This document shows, piece after piece, positions 18,171 through 28,586 of a stretch of DNA of 64,000 bases. The notes beneath the pieces are model-generated. The model was not told the origin of the DNA, searched no databases, and worked only from the letters and a program-made list of their open reading frames with translations. Numbering within the stretch: the stretch's first letter is position 1; each line of letters opens with the position of its first letter. This DNA is from Elusimicrobiota bacterium (GTDB lineage: Bacteria; Elusimicrobiota; Elusimicrobia; UBA1565). The stretch is from positions 212,025 through 276,024 of the forward strand of contig JBDRPD010000083.1 of NCBI GenBank assembly GCA_043827405.1. The letters run 5' to 3'. The position numbers and the translations under genes were made by a program.

Positions 18171-18988
18171 GCATACGGCTGCTGGATGTTGCAGGAAAGA
18201 CGGATCCCGGCAAGGTGCGCGAGCGCAATGAGGACAGCATCGCTCTCGATCCCGAGCTCGGCCTTTATATCGTCGCCGACGGGATGGGCGGACACAACTC
18301 CGGCGAAGTCGCCAGCGGCTTGGCTACCGATACGATCCTGAAGTTCGGCCGGGAGATGCTGAGCAAGAGCCGGGAATTCGTGCCGCCCGAAACAGATGAG
18401 ACCTTGTCGGTGCGCGCGCGGCAGATCGTCTATCTCATCCAGAGCGCAAATACCATGATTTACGAGAAGTCCAAAGCGTTCGCCAAGAACCAAGGTATGG
18501 GGACGACGGTCGTCGTGGTGATCGGGGACACGAAGTCCATCACCGTCGGCCATGTCGGCGACAGCCGACTGTACCGCCTGCGCGGATCGAATTTTGAACA
18601 GCTGACCGAGGACCACTCTCTGGTGCAGGACCAGGTCAGGCACGGGTTGATCACCAAAGAGCAGGCGGATAAGTCGAACCTGCAGAATATCCTCACCCGC
18701 GCGCTCGGTACGGAGCCGAACGTCCTGGTTGATACTCAGGATATCGAGGTGCAGCCCGGCGACGCCTTCCTTATCTGCTCCGACGGTATGACCAAGATGG
18801 TGACCGACGACGAAGCGGGCAAGGTGATGTCCAATATGAAGGAACCGCTCGACGCGGTCGACAAGCTCATCGACATGTCCAATGCCGCCGGAGGCGTCGA
18901 CAATGTCACCATAATCGTCGCCGCCGCGCCGGGCGGCAAGCCCCAGGACAAGGGCTTATTCGCAAGACTTAAAGAAGCGCTCGAGTAA
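18167..18988 (+). CDS. PP2C-family (Stp1/PrpC) Ser/Thr phosphatase
   Basis: RERNED, VADGMGGH, GMGTT, HVGDSR, CSDG, GGVDN; ATGA overlap with kinase stop. Confidence 0.95.
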   Translation: MSIRLLDVAGKTDPGKVRERNEDSIALDPELGLYIVADGMGGHNSGEVASGLATDTILKFGREMLSKSREFVPPETDETLSVRARQIVYLIQSANTMIYEKSKAFAKNQGMGTTVVVVIGDTKSITVGHVGDSRLYRLRGSNFEQLTEDHSLVQDQVRHGLITKEQADKSNLQNILTRALGTEPNVLVDTQDIEVQPGDAFLICSDGMTKMVTDDEAGKVMSNMKEPLDAVDKLIDMSNAAGGVDNVTIIVAAAPGGKPQDKGLFARLKEALE

Positions 18989-18991
18989 ATT

Positions 18992-19714
18992 ATGGCAAAG
19001 CTCCTGCTTAAGCTGGATGATGCGGTGATTCGCGAGTTTACGCTCAAGGGCGAGACCGCGAAGATCGGGCGCAAATCCGAAAACGAAATCGTCATTAATA
19101 ATCCCGCGGTGTCGGGGTGCCATGCCGTGATCGAGGAGAAGGACGGCATATATACGATCGAGGACCTCGACTCCACCAACGGCACTTCCGTAAACGACGA
19201 GCGGATCAAGAAGCGCGAGCTGAAGAATAATGACGTCATCGGCATCGCCAAGCATCGGTTGGTCTTTTTGGCGGATGACTCGGCCGCCGCCGTCGCCGCC
19301 CATACCTCGGCCAAGATCAAGGAGAAGAAGGAGGAGGCCAGCGACGCCCATCTGGAGATGACGCCGGTCGCGGATGCGACGTCCGGACCGCATAAAGCGG
19401 ACGACGGCGCGTCGGTCGGTGTGCTGACGGTGCTTAAGGGCGGCGAGGTTGGTAAAAAATTCGACATTAAGGGCACCTCCGTCTATATCGGCAAATCCGA
19501 CCGCGCGCAGGTTCCGATTCAGGGCGGCGGGCTGTTCGGAGGCGCCCCGGACATGGCCGCTTCGGTGCGCCGCAAGCCGGAGGGCTTCTTCCTGACCGCG
19601 GTTGAGGACGGCTACCCGGTGGTTTCCGGCAATAAGGTCAGCGGCAGCGTGCGGCTCAATAACGGCGACATCATCGAGCTCGGCAGCACCACGCTGCAGT
19701 TCTCGATCAAGTAG
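18992..19714 (+). CDS. Tandem FHA-domain protein
   Basis: First FHA canonical (IGR, VSGCHA, STNGT); second FHA degenerate (IGK...LNNGDIIELG). Confidence 0.9.
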   Translation: MAKLLLKLDDAVIREFTLKGETAKIGRKSENEIVINNPAVSGCHAVIEEKDGIYTIEDLDSTNGTSVNDERIKKRELKNNDVIGIAKHRLVFLADDSAAAVAAHTSAKIKEKKEEASDAHLEMTPVADATSGPHKADDGASVGVLTVLKGGEVGKKFDIKGTSVYIGKSDRAQVPIQGGGLFGGAPDMAASVRRKPEGFFLTAVEDGYPVVSGNKVSGSVRLNNGDIIELGSTTLQFSIK

Positions 19715-19717
19715 CCG

Positions 19718-21619
19718 CTACTTTATCTCGCCTTTCGGAAAGCCCAGCTTCCACCATACGGGGACGGTCGCCGTGCCCGCGGCGAGCAGCAGCAGTATCC
19801 ACACCGCCCGCCAGGGGAACCAGGTCGGCGGGGCGCTGGCGCAAAGCCAGGAGCCGATTCCGGTGAGCAAACAGAAAAGCGAGAACCCCGCGACCAGGAC
19901 GGCCCCCAGGCCCTTCCCCAGCCGGCGGACGCTCTCCTCTCCGTCCTGGCCGAGTTCGGCGGCCACCGGCCGCCAGAAGCCCATGGGCTTTACCTGGTCG
20001 TAGAACTTCTTAAGCCGCTCCATCTCCTCCGGCCCGGTGACCAAAGAGACGACGATGCCCGCCGCCGTTGCGCCCGCGGCCATGAGGATCAGGCGCAGCG
20101 CCTCGCCCTCGATGTAGGCCAGCAGGATGGGCGCGAGGATCATGGAGGCGGCGATGGTCGCGATCTCGCCCCAGGCGTTGATCCGCCACCACAGCCAGCG
20201 CAGGACCAGAACGACCCCGAGCCCGGCGCCCAGCAGCAGGCTCGCCTGCCAGGCGGTCTGGATCGAGGAGAGCCGGGTCATGATGCCCAGGCCGATGAGC
20301 AGGATCAGGATATTCGATCCGCGCGCGACCCAGACCAGCGACCGCGGATCGGGATCTTTCTTGAGCCAGGACCGGCAAATGAAGCGCTTGTAGATGTCGT
20401 TGGTCCAGTAGGAAGATCCCCAGTTGAGGTGTGTGTCGACGGTGGAGGCCAGGGCCGCCAGCATGCCGGTCAGCATCAGGCCCTTCGCTCCGACCGGCAG
20501 CAGTTCGGCGATGCCGCGCACGAAGGTCGCTTCGCGTTCGGCCATGGCGAGTTCAACCGGGATCGAGAGATCGGGGGGAAATAGGACGAGCAGCCCCAGG
20601 CCGATGGGCAGCCACAGCAGGCTGCGCAGCAATATCTGCGCGATCGTGAATACCACCGCCGCCAAGCGGGCATCCTCATCGGTCCGGCAGGCCATGGAGC
20701 GCTGGGCCAGATACCCGGTCCCATCGGCGTTCATTTGCGCTATCCATTGGATGGCGAAGACGGCGAGGACGGCCAAGCCGGCGTCTTTGGCGCGCGACGG
20801 CGTGAAGGCCGTGATCTGCTCGGGTAGAATGCCGCCCGGGCCGCCGTCGGCGAACAGGGTCGTTATCTTGCCCGACAACGCGTCGAATCCGCCGACGGCA
20901 TGGATCACAATTCCGGCGTAGAACGCCGTCGCGGCCATGGCGATGCCGAACTGGACGACGTCGGTCTCCACCACGCTGCGCAGGCCGCCGGTCGTCGAGT
21001 AGAATGTGGTCACCAGCACGATGGCGCCGATGGATATCAGGTTGTTGGCGGAGAGCACCCAAACCTGGGGGCTGTTGATATCGACGGTCAGCGGGGTGCC
21101 GATGAACTTGACCAGGCCGATAAAGGGGTCGAAGATCGCGGCCGGCAGCCAGGCGTTCCACAGCAGAAAGGGCTCGGCGATGCGGGTGGCCGCGAGCAGC
21201 ACCATGGCCAGCACCGTGCAGTTGAATACCGTGCCGAGATAGATGGCTTTGACTCCGCGCAAAACAGCCGCCGGCGCATGGCCGTAGCGGAACTCGGTCA
21301 GCTCGGCGTCGGTGAGCACTCCGGCGCGCCGCCAGCTCGCCGCGAGCACGAAGCCCATCAGCAGGAAGGCCAAGGCGTATATCCATAGCCGCCAGAGGGA
21401 GAAGATGCCCGCCGTGGCGATCAGGCCGGTGACCAAGAGCGGCGTATCGGCGGCGAACTGGGTCGCGGCCATGCTGATTCCGGCTTTCCATCCGGGCAGG
21501 CTGCGGCCGGCGAGGAAATATTCTTCGAGGTTCTGCGATGCCTTGTCCTTGGCGCTAAAGCCGGAGTATATCGCGTAGACGATGAAGGCGAAGATGATCA
21601 GGATATCGATAATGGACAT
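19718..21619 (-). CDS. Sodium:solute symporter (SSS) family protein
   Basis: YFLAGRSLPGW, GGLRSVVETDVVQF, YLAQR, AALASTVDT; multiple TMs. Confidence 0.92.
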   Translation of the reverse strand: MSIIDILIIFAFIVYAIYSGFSAKDKASQNLEEYFLAGRSLPGWKAGISMAATQFAADTPLLVTGLIATAGIFSLWRLWIYALAFLLMGFVLAASWRRAGVLTDAELTEFRYGHAPAAVLRGVKAIYLGTVFNCTVLAMVLLAATRIAEPFLLWNAWLPAAIFDPFIGLVKFIGTPLTVDINSPQVWVLSANNLISIGAIVLVTTFYSTTGGLRSVVETDVVQFGIAMAATAFYAGIVIHAVGGFDALSGKITTLFADGGPGGILPEQITAFTPSRAKDAGLAVLAVFAIQWIAQMNADGTGYLAQRSMACRTDEDARLAAVVFTIAQILLRSLLWLPIGLGLLVLFPPDLSIPVELAMAEREATFVRGIAELLPVGAKGLMLTGMLAALASTVDTHLNWGSSYWTNDIYKRFICRSWLKKDPDPRSLVWVARGSNILILLIGLGIMTRLSSIQTAWQASLLLGAGLGVVLVLRWLWWRINAWGEIATIAASMILAPILLAYIEGEALRLILMAAGATAAGIVVSLVTGPEEMERLKKFYDQVKPMGFWRPVAAELGQDGEESVRRLGKGLGAVLVAGFSLFCLLTGIGSWLCASAPPTWFPWRAVWILLLLAAGTATVPVWWKLGFPKGEIK

Positions 21620-21788
21620 GAAGGCCTCCCTGCGTTACGAGCGTCATTATATACAGATATTCTTTATCTTTGCATGCTTATTTAATCATCATGAGCGCCG
21701 TTTCGATTGACGGGCGTTCTGGCGCGATCGTTGCTAATTATTGTATACCCTAGGTACTTGCGAAAACTCTTCATAGCACGGGAAACCT

Positions 21789-22367
21789 ATGCTGGAAATT
21801 AGATTCCATGGACGCGGCGGGCAGGGGACGGTACTGGCGGCAAAGATGCTGGCGGATATCGTTTTGCGCTCCGGAAAGGGCGAATGCATGGCCATTCCGG
21901 AATTCGGCGTAGAACGCCGGGGCGCCCCGGTTCTGGCCTATGCCCGGATATCTAAGGAACCGATACTCATACGGACCCGAATCTACGAACCCAACGTCGT
22001 GGTTGTGCTCGATACCAATGCTGCGCCCGGCGATACCATGGTCAAGGGGCTGAAAAAGGGCGGTGTCCTCCTTATTAATACCGAACATTCCCAGGAGGAG
22101 CTCGAAAAGCGTTGGCCTGACTTCAATACCGCCGCCATACCGGCCAAGAAGATCGCCCTCAAGCATAAGCTGGGAACCGCTGCCAGCCCGGTGCTCAATA
22201 CCGCCATTATCGGCGCCATGTGTGCGCAGCTGGACCTGGTAGCCCTGGGTGAACTCGAGGCTGCGATCCGTGACGCGGTGCCGGTCAAGCTGGACGAGAA
22301 CGTCGCCGCCGCCAAGGAGGCGTACGAATATATTTGCGCAAGGAGGAATGCCAATGCCGCGGCTTAA
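21789..22367 (+). CDS. porC: Pyruvate/2-oxoacid:ferredoxin oxidoreductase gamma subunit
   Basis: EIRFHGRGGQG, FGVERRGAPV.AYARIS. Confidence 0.92.
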   Translation: MLEIRFHGRGGQGTVLAAKMLADIVLRSGKGECMAIPEFGVERRGAPVLAYARISKEPILIRTRIYEPNVVVVLDTNAAPGDTMVKGLKKGGVLLINTEHSQEELEKRWPDFNTAAIPAKKIALKHKLGTAASPVLNTAIIGAMCAQLDLVALGELEAAIRDAVPVKLDENVAAAKEAYEYICARRNANAAA

Positions 22368-22641
22368 GATCGATCCCGAGACCGAACCGGCGCTCCTCAT
22401 TTCCGGCGAGTCCATCTCCGTCAATAAGACCGGGACTTGGCGCAATATCCGCCCCAAGGTCGATATGGAGAAATGCACCAAGTGCATGATCTGCTGGAAG
22501 TTCTGTCCCGAATCGTGTGTTACCATTGATTCCGGGGCGCCGGTCATCGAAATGGATTACTGCAAGGGCTGCTCGATCTGCGCCGATGTCTGCCCGGTGG
22601 GCTGCGTGGAGATGGTCGACGAGGAAGAGGGGGGGAAATGA
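22354..22641 (+). CDS. porD: Pyruvate/2-oxoacid:ferredoxin oxidoreductase delta subunit (2x[4Fe-4S])
   Basis: NKTGTWR..RP, CTKCMICWKFCP, YCKGCSICADVCP; AGGAGG 7 nt before ATG 22354. Confidence 0.92.
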   Translation: MPRLKIDPETEPALLISGESISVNKTGTWRNIRPKVDMEKCTKCMICWKFCPESCVTIDSGAPVIEMDYCKGCSICADVCPVGCVEMVDEEEGGK

Positions 22642-23792
22642 GAAAGGTGCTGATGGGCAATCATGCCGCCTCGATCGCCGTGGGGCTGGCACGCGCCGAC
22701 GTCGTCTCCGCCTACCCGATCACCCCGCAGACTCAGGTGATCGAGCTTCTTGACGAGCTGCAGACCACCGGGAAATGGAAGGGCACCTTTATCCGGGTAG
22801 AGTCCGAGCATTCCGCCATGGCCGCCTGTCTCGGCGCCGCGACCACGGGGGCTCGGACCTTTACCGCCTCCTCATCGCAGGGCCTGGCCTATATGCACGA
22901 GATGCTGCACTGGGTCGCCGGCGGCCGGCTGCCGATCGTCATGGCGGATGTCAATCGGGCTTTGGGCGCGCCGTGGATACTCTGGACCGACCAGACCGAT
23001 TCCCTGTCCCAGCGCGATACCGGCTGGATGCAGTTCTACTGCTCGAGCAATCAGGAAATCCTCGACAGCATTCTTATGGCTTACCGCGTGGCTGAAGCGG
23101 TTATGATTCCCGCCATGGTCGCCTATGACGGCTTCACCCTGTCGCATACCTACGAGCCGGTGGATGTGCCGGATCAGAAGCTGGTGGACAAGTTCCTGCC
23201 CCCCATTAAGTACCCGTATGCCTTGGACGTCAAGAAGGCGACGGCGTTCTCCTCGCTGGCGCTGCCCAAACCCTACATGCGGATGCGGGCGCGTATGGAC
23301 GCCGATATGCACCGCGCCCTCGATGTCTTCAAGGAAGCGGCCAAGGAGTTCGAGAGCATCTTCGGCCGGCGCTATCGTCTTATTGAGCCGGATCGCTGCG
23401 ACGACGCGGAGACCATCCTGGTCACCTCGGGCGCGGTAGCCTCGACCGCTCAGGCGGCGATCAATGAGCTGCGCGAGGAGGGGCATAAGGCCGGCAATCT
23501 TAAGATGCGGGCGTTCCGGCCCTTCCCGTCGGATGAGCTGCGCAAGACGCTCAAGCCGAAACAAAAGGTCGCGGTAGTCGACCGCAATTACTCGCAGGGA
23601 CATCACGGCATCTTTTGCGAGGAGATAAAATCCGCGCTTTATCCGCTCAAGGATCGTCCCGAAATCTACGGCTTCATCGCCGGCCTCGGCGGCGGCGATA
23701 TCACGGTGGAGCTCCTCAAGGAGATTTGGCACGAGACGCATGCGGGCCGCGCCGACGCGATCAACCCCGTCTGGATGGAGGACGCTCGATGA
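22638..23792 (+). CDS. porA: Pyruvate/2-oxoacid:ferredoxin oxidoreductase alpha subunit
   Basis: AYPITPQT, VESEHSAM, TASSSQGL, FRPFP, GLGG. Confidence 0.93.
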   Translation: MRKVLMGNHAASIAVGLARADVVSAYPITPQTQVIELLDELQTTGKWKGTFIRVESEHSAMAACLGAATTGARTFTASSSQGLAYMHEMLHWVAGGRLPIVMADVNRALGAPWILWTDQTDSLSQRDTGWMQFYCSSNQEILDSILMAYRVAEAVMIPAMVAYDGFTLSHTYEPVDVPDQKLVDKFLPPIKYPYALDVKKATAFSSLALPKPYMRMRARMDADMHRALDVFKEAAKEFESIFGRRYRLIEPDRCDDAETILVTSGAVASTAQAAINELREEGHKAGNLKMRAFRPFPSDELRKTLKPKQKVAVVDRNYSQGHHGIFCEEIKSALYPLKDRPEIYGFIAGLGGGDITVELLKEIWHETHAGRADAINPVWMEDAR

Positions 23793-24676
23793 CGCCCACG
23801 AAAGACAAGCCGGTCAAGACGTCGATCCCCCGGGAAGAGGGGCTGCGTTCGGGCCACCTGGCATGTCAGGGCTGCGGCGCGATGCTGGCCATGCGCTACG
23901 CGCAGAAAGGCCTGGGCCGGAAGACGGTGTTCGTGACCCCGGCCTGCTGCTGGACCATATTGGCCGGCCCGGCGCCCAAGCTGGCCATCGAGACCCCGAT
24001 CATTCACTGTCCTTTCGCCACCGCCGCGGCCACCGCCAGCGGCGTCAAGGCGGGCTTGATTGAGCGCGGCGACACCGAGACCCAGGTCTGCGTGTGGGCC
24101 GGCGACGGGGGGACCTACGACATCGGCCTGCAGGCGCTTTCCGGCGCCGCCGACCGCAACGAAGACATCATCTACGTCTGCTACGACAACGAAGCCTACA
24201 TGAACACCGGCATTCAGCGCAGCGGCGGTACCCCGGCGATGGCCTGGACCATGACCACCCAGGGCGGCAGCCGGCGTCCCAAGAAGGATCTCGACAAGAT
24301 CATGGAAGCGCACAGCATCCCTTATCAGGCGACCGTGACCCCGGGCTTTCCCGAGGATATGGTCAAGAAGTTCCAGAAGGTCCGGGGCATCAAGGGCTTC
24401 CGCTTTATTCGCGTGCTCTCGCCCTGCCCGCCGGGCTGGAAGCATGACTCGGCCGACACCGTGGCTCTTTCCAAGCTCGCGGTGCAGACCGGAGCGTTTC
24501 CGCTCTACGAGATCGAAAACGGCGTCTTCAAGCTCAATATGAAGGTGGCCAAGCGCAAGCCGATCGCGGATTACCTAAAGAGACAGGGCCGCTTTCGCAA
24601 GCTCAAGGATGAGAATATCCAGGCGATGCAGGCTTCCGTCGACGCGGCGTGGGAAAACTTCACCAATCGCAAGTAA
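23789..24676 (+). CDS. porB: Pyruvate/2-oxoacid:ferredoxin oxidoreductase beta subunit (TPP-binding)
   Basis: GHLACQGCG, GDGGTYDIG, DNEAYMNTG.Q, PCPPGW; ATG 23789 overlaps the porA stop. Confidence 0.93.
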   Translation: MTPTKDKPVKTSIPREEGLRSGHLACQGCGAMLAMRYAQKGLGRKTVFVTPACCWTILAGPAPKLAIETPIIHCPFATAAATASGVKAGLIERGDTETQVCVWAGDGGTYDIGLQALSGAADRNEDIIYVCYDNEAYMNTGIQRSGGTPAMAWTMTTQGGSRRPKKDLDKIMEAHSIPYQATVTPGFPEDMVKKFQKVRGIKGFRFIRVLSPCPPGWKHDSADTVALSKLAVQTGAFPLYEIENGVFKLNMKVAKRKPIADYLKRQGRFRKLKDENIQAMQASVDAAWENFTNRK

Positions 24677-24735
24677 ACTGTAACCGCCGGCCGCCGGCGT
24701 ATAGTTAAGCTCTCCACTCTGAGGGGTTTTTAGGC

Positions 24736-27231
24736 ATGAAAAAGAAAGGAACGATGTTTTTGACCGACGCGCAGCTTAAGGAAGAGATCGCCAAGTGCGA
24801 GTACTGCGCCGAGAAACCGTGCAAGGAGGCCTGCCCGGTCGACTGTTCGCCCGCGGACTTTATTATGGCCGCCAAAGGGGGGCGCAAGTCCGACTACAAG
24901 CGAGCCGCGGCCGTTATTATGGGCTCCAACCCGCTCGGCGGGGTATGCGGCGCGGTATGCCCGGACTGGCATTGCATGAAGGCCTGCGTACACAAGAAGT
25001 TCAACGGCGCGGTGAATATCCCGCCGGTACAGGCGACCATCGTCCAGAAGGCCAAGGATCTGAAAGTCATGCCCAAGTTCCGCCGGGCCAAGCCCAACGG
25101 TAAAAGGGTGGCCGTCGTCGGCGGCGGAGCGGCGGGCTGCGGCGCCGCCGGCGTGCTGGCGCAGAAGGGTTACCGGGTCGACATCTACGACGCCGGCAAG
25201 AAGCCCGGCGGCATGATCGGCCTTATCCCGCCCGACCGTCTGGACCCGCAGGTGTTCAAGACCGATCTGGATTTCATGCAGACGCTGGGCGCGATCTCTC
25301 TTAAGTCCGGCAAGAAGGTCGCGGCTCCGGAAAAGCTGCTGCGCCAAGGCTATAAAGCGGTTGTCGTCTCCACCGGGCTCGACGTCGCCTATCAGCTCGG
25401 CATCCCGGGAGAGGAAGCCGCGATCAGCTGGATCGACTACCTGAAGACTCCAGCGCGCTTTAAGCTTAAGGGCAAGCGCGTGGCCGTGATCGGCGGCGGC
25501 GCGGTGGCGGCGGACTGCGCCGAGACCGCGGCGCACGGCGGGGCGGCGCATGTGGAGATGTTCGCTCTCGAGAAACTCAGCGAGATGCCGCTCACCGCCA
25601 AGGAGCTCGCGGGCATTATGGACGCCGGCGTGCATGTCTCGGGTCGCGTGTCGGTGCTTAAGCTCAAGCATAAGGGCGGCAAGGTCTACTGCGTGCGTAC
25701 GCAGCGCATGGAGCTGCCCAAGGGCAAGAAGTTCCATCCCCGGTCGATCAAGCCGGTCGAAGGTTCGGAGCTCTGCCGCCGGGACCTGGAGGTCGTGATC
25801 ATCGCCATCGGCAGCCGGCCCGGGCTCAAGATCCCCGGCTGCCGGGGCGTATTCGCCGCCGGCGACGTCGCCAACGGACCCACGACCGTCGTTGAGGCCG
25901 TGGCCGCGGGCAAGAACGCCGCGCTCGAGGTCGACGCCTACAACTACGGCCGCCGCAAGCCGTCGATCCCCAAGAAGGTCAAGAGCCGCAGCCCGCTGGA
26001 CGGCCGCGTGCTCGAGCCGGTATCCCTGGAGACCGACTTCTTCGGCAAGAAGATCCGCTCGCCTTTCCTGCTCTCGGCGGCGCCGCCTTCGGACGGCTAC
26101 GCCCAGATGAAGCTGGCCTATGAGGCCGGCTGGGCCGGCGGCGTCATGAAGACGGCCTTCGACAATGTGCCGATTCATATCCCGGGCGAGTACATGTTCG
26201 CCTTCAACCAGGACACCTACGCCAACTGCGATAATGTTTCCGGACATCCGCTGCGGCGCGTCTGCCGCGAGATCAAGAAGCTTATCAAGGAGTATCCGGA
26301 CCGTCTGACCATGGCCTCCACCGGCGGCCCGGTCACCGGAGACGACGAGAACGACCGCAAGGGCTGGCAGCATAATACCCGGCTGCTGGAAGCCGCCGGC
26401 GTTCACGGCATCGAGTACAGCCTTTCCTGCCCCCAGGGCGGCGACGGTACCAAGGGCGATATTGTGTCCCAGGATCCGGAGCTTACCGCCAAGATTGTAG
26501 GCTGGATCATGGAAGCGGGTGATCCCGATATCCCGAAGCTGTTCAAGCTCACGGGCGCAGTGACCGCGATCTATCCGATCATGGCGGCGATCAAGGAGGT
26601 TCTGGACCAGTACCCGAAGAAGAAGGCCGGGGTGACACTGGCCAATACCTTCCCGACGCTGGCCTTCCGCGCCGGCGGGAAGAAGTCTTGGGAAGACGGC
26701 ATTGTCGTCGGCATGAGCGGCGACGGCGTGGCGCCGATCAGCAACTTGACCTTGGCCAACGCCGCCCGGCTCGACATGCACGTATCCGGCAACGGCGGCC
26801 CCATGGACTACAAGGCGGCGGCCGACTTCCTGGCTTTGGGCACCAAGACCGTGCAGTTCTGCACCATCGTCATGAAGTACGGCTACGGCATTATCGACGA
26901 CCTGCACGCGGGGGTGAGCCATCTTATGGAGGAGCGCGGCTATCGCTCGATGCGCGAGCTCATCGGCTGCGCCCTGCCCAATCCCATCCGGGGCTTTATG
27001 GACCTCACGCCGGTCAAGAAAATATCGGCCGTGCGTCCGGAGCTGTGCGAGCACTGCGGCAACTGCACGCGGTGCCCGTACCTGGCCATTCGGCTGGACA
27101 AGAACGGAATACCGGCTACCGATCCGTCCCGCTGCATCGGCTGCTCCATCTGCGTTCAAAAGTGCTTCGCCGGCGCTCTGTACATGCGGCAGCGCTCCAA
27201 GCGCGAGCTCGCGGTGCTTAAGGAAGACTGA
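24736..27231 (+). CDS. Fused PreT-PreA-type dihydropyrimidine-dehydrogenase-like Fe-S flavoenzyme
   Basis: N-terminal CEYC..KPC..ACP / NPLGGVCGAVCP Fe-S domain, two Rossmann GGG motifs, DHOD-type barrel (SPFLLSAAPPSDG, SLSCP), C-terminal 2x[4Fe-4S]. Confidence 0.85.
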   Translation: MKKKGTMFLTDAQLKEEIAKCEYCAEKPCKEACPVDCSPADFIMAAKGGRKSDYKRAAAVIMGSNPLGGVCGAVCPDWHCMKACVHKKFNGAVNIPPVQATIVQKAKDLKVMPKFRRAKPNGKRVAVVGGGAAGCGAAGVLAQKGYRVDIYDAGKKPGGMIGLIPPDRLDPQVFKTDLDFMQTLGAISLKSGKKVAAPEKLLRQGYKAVVVSTGLDVAYQLGIPGEEAAISWIDYLKTPARFKLKGKRVAVIGGGAVAADCAETAAHGGAAHVEMFALEKLSEMPLTAKELAGIMDAGVHVSGRVSVLKLKHKGGKVYCVRTQRMELPKGKKFHPRSIKPVEGSELCRRDLEVVIIAIGSRPGLKIPGCRGVFAAGDVANGPTTVVEAVAAGKNAALEVDAYNYGRRKPSIPKKVKSRSPLDGRVLEPVSLETDFFGKKIRSPFLLSAAPPSDGYAQMKLAYEAGWAGGVMKTAFDNVPIHIPGEYMFAFNQDTYANCDNVSGHPLRRVCREIKKLIKEYPDRLTMASTGGPVTGDDENDRKGWQHNTRLLEAAGVHGIEYSLSCPQGGDGTKGDIVSQDPELTAKIVGWIMEAGDPDIPKLFKLTGAVTAIYPIMAAIKEVLDQYPKKKAGVTLANTFPTLAFRAGGKKSWEDGIVVGMSGDGVAPISNLTLANAARLDMHVSGNGGPMDYKAAADFLALGTKTVQFCTIVMKYGYGIIDDLHAGVSHLMEERGYRSMRELIGCALPNPIRGFMDLTPVKKISAVRPELCEHCGNCTRCPYLAIRLDKNGIPATDPSRCIGCSICVQKCFAGALYMRQRSKRELAVLKED

Positions 27232-27245
27232 TCCAGGAGAACAAT

Positions 27246-28577
27246 ATGGCTGAAACGCTGCTTATTAAGAACGGCATCATCGTAACCTTGGGGGACGATA
27301 ATAAGGTCCTTTACGGCCACAACGTGCTGTGCGAAGGCGGCCGCATCAAAAAGATCGCCCCGGCCTCCGAGCTCGACGGCAAGTACAACGAGGTCATCGA
27401 CGCGCACGGCAAGGTCGTGATGCCGGGCTTCATCAACGCGCATATGCATTTCTACAGCACCATGGTGCGCGGCCTGGGCAAGGCGAAGCCGTCGAAGAAC
27501 TTCAAGGAAGTGCTCGACAACCTGTGGTGGCGGCTCGACAAGAAGCTTAAGCTCGACGACTGCTACTACAGCGCGCTCCTGCCCCTAGTCGACGCGGTCA
27601 AGCGCGGAACGACCACTCTGATCGACCATCATGCCAGCCCGTTCGCGGCGCGGGGCTCGCTTAACCGCATCGCTGAGGCGGTCAAGGAGGTCGGCCTGCG
27701 GGCTTCGCTGTGCTACGAGCTCTCGGACCGTGACGGCAAGAAGATCGCGCAGGAAGGCATCGACGAGAACGTGGACTTCATCAAGCGCTGCGACAAGAAA
27801 AAAGACGGCCAGCTTAAGGCGCTCTTCGGCCTGCATGCTTCCTTTACCATCGGGGAGAAGACCATGGCGAAGGCCGCCGAGGCCGGCAATGAGCTGGGCG
27901 CGGGCTTTCACGTCCATACGGCGGAGGCGCAGTCGGACCAGGACTACAATGAGAAGCACTTCGGCCTGCGCGTCGTCGAGCGCCTGCACCGCTTCGGCAT
28001 CCTCGGCCCCAAGACCATCGCCGCGCACTGCGTGCACGTCAACGACAAGGAGATCGAGCTCCTCAAAGAGACCGCTACCGCGGTGGTGCATAACCCGCAG
28101 TCCAATATGAACAATGCGGTGGGCGTGGCGGATATTATTAAAATGGCGGAAGCCGGCGTGCTCGTGGGCCTGGGCACCGACGCCATGACCGTCAATATGC
28201 TCGAGGAGGTCCGCGTCGCCCAGTGGGCCCAGCACCTGTCGCACGACAATCCCAGCTGCGGCTTCATGGAGTCGGTGACGCCGCTGGTGTTCAACAACGC
28301 CAAGATCGCCGGCCGCTACTGGGACTGCGGTTTGGGCGTCCTGGCGGAAGGCAACGCCGCCGATATCATTCTCATGGACTACTACCCGCCGACGCCGTTT
28401 GACGGGAATACCTTCCTCGGACATTTGGTCTTCGGGCTGTCGCAGTCCTTTGTCGACACCACGATCGCCGGCGGCAAGGTTCTCATGCAGAACAAGCAGC
28501 TGAAGATCGACGTTGACGAGGAGGAGATCGCCGCCAAGTCCCTGGAGCTCTCGACCAAGCTCTGGGATCGGTTCTAG
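27246..28577 (+). CDS. ssnA: SsnA-family amidohydrolase
   Basis: PGFINAHMHFYS, LWWRLDK, GTTTLIDHHASP, FGLHASFT, HNPQSNMNNAVG, GLGTD. Confidence 0.88.
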   Translation: MAETLLIKNGIIVTLGDDNKVLYGHNVLCEGGRIKKIAPASELDGKYNEVIDAHGKVVMPGFINAHMHFYSTMVRGLGKAKPSKNFKEVLDNLWWRLDKKLKLDDCYYSALLPLVDAVKRGTTTLIDHHASPFAARGSLNRIAEAVKEVGLRASLCYELSDRDGKKIAQEGIDENVDFIKRCDKKKDGQLKALFGLHASFTIGEKTMAKAAEAGNELGAGFHVHTAEAQSDQDYNEKHFGLRVVERLHRFGILGPKTIAAHCVHVNDKEIELLKETATAVVHNPQSNMNNAVGVADIIKMAEAGVLVGLGTDAMTVNMLEEVRVAQWAQHLSHDNPSCGFMESVTPLVFNNAKIAGRYWDCGLGVLAEGNAADIILMDYYPPTPFDGNTFLGHLVFGLSQSFVDTTIAGGKVLMQNKQLKIDVDEEEIAAKSLELSTKLWDRF

Positions 28578-28586
28578 GCGGCGAGG

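Noticed and set aside
24730..27159. 809-aa minus-strand ORF, and similar long ORFs at 8696-10894, 14661-16463, 47450-49582 and 55087-56853
   Set aside because: They lie antisense to well-supported genes and have no motifs; typical shadow ORFs of GC-rich codon usage
24736..28577. Selenocysteine recoding in the selenium-linked purine genes
   Set aside because: The ORFs are complete without in-frame TGA, and no truncated domain needs read-through
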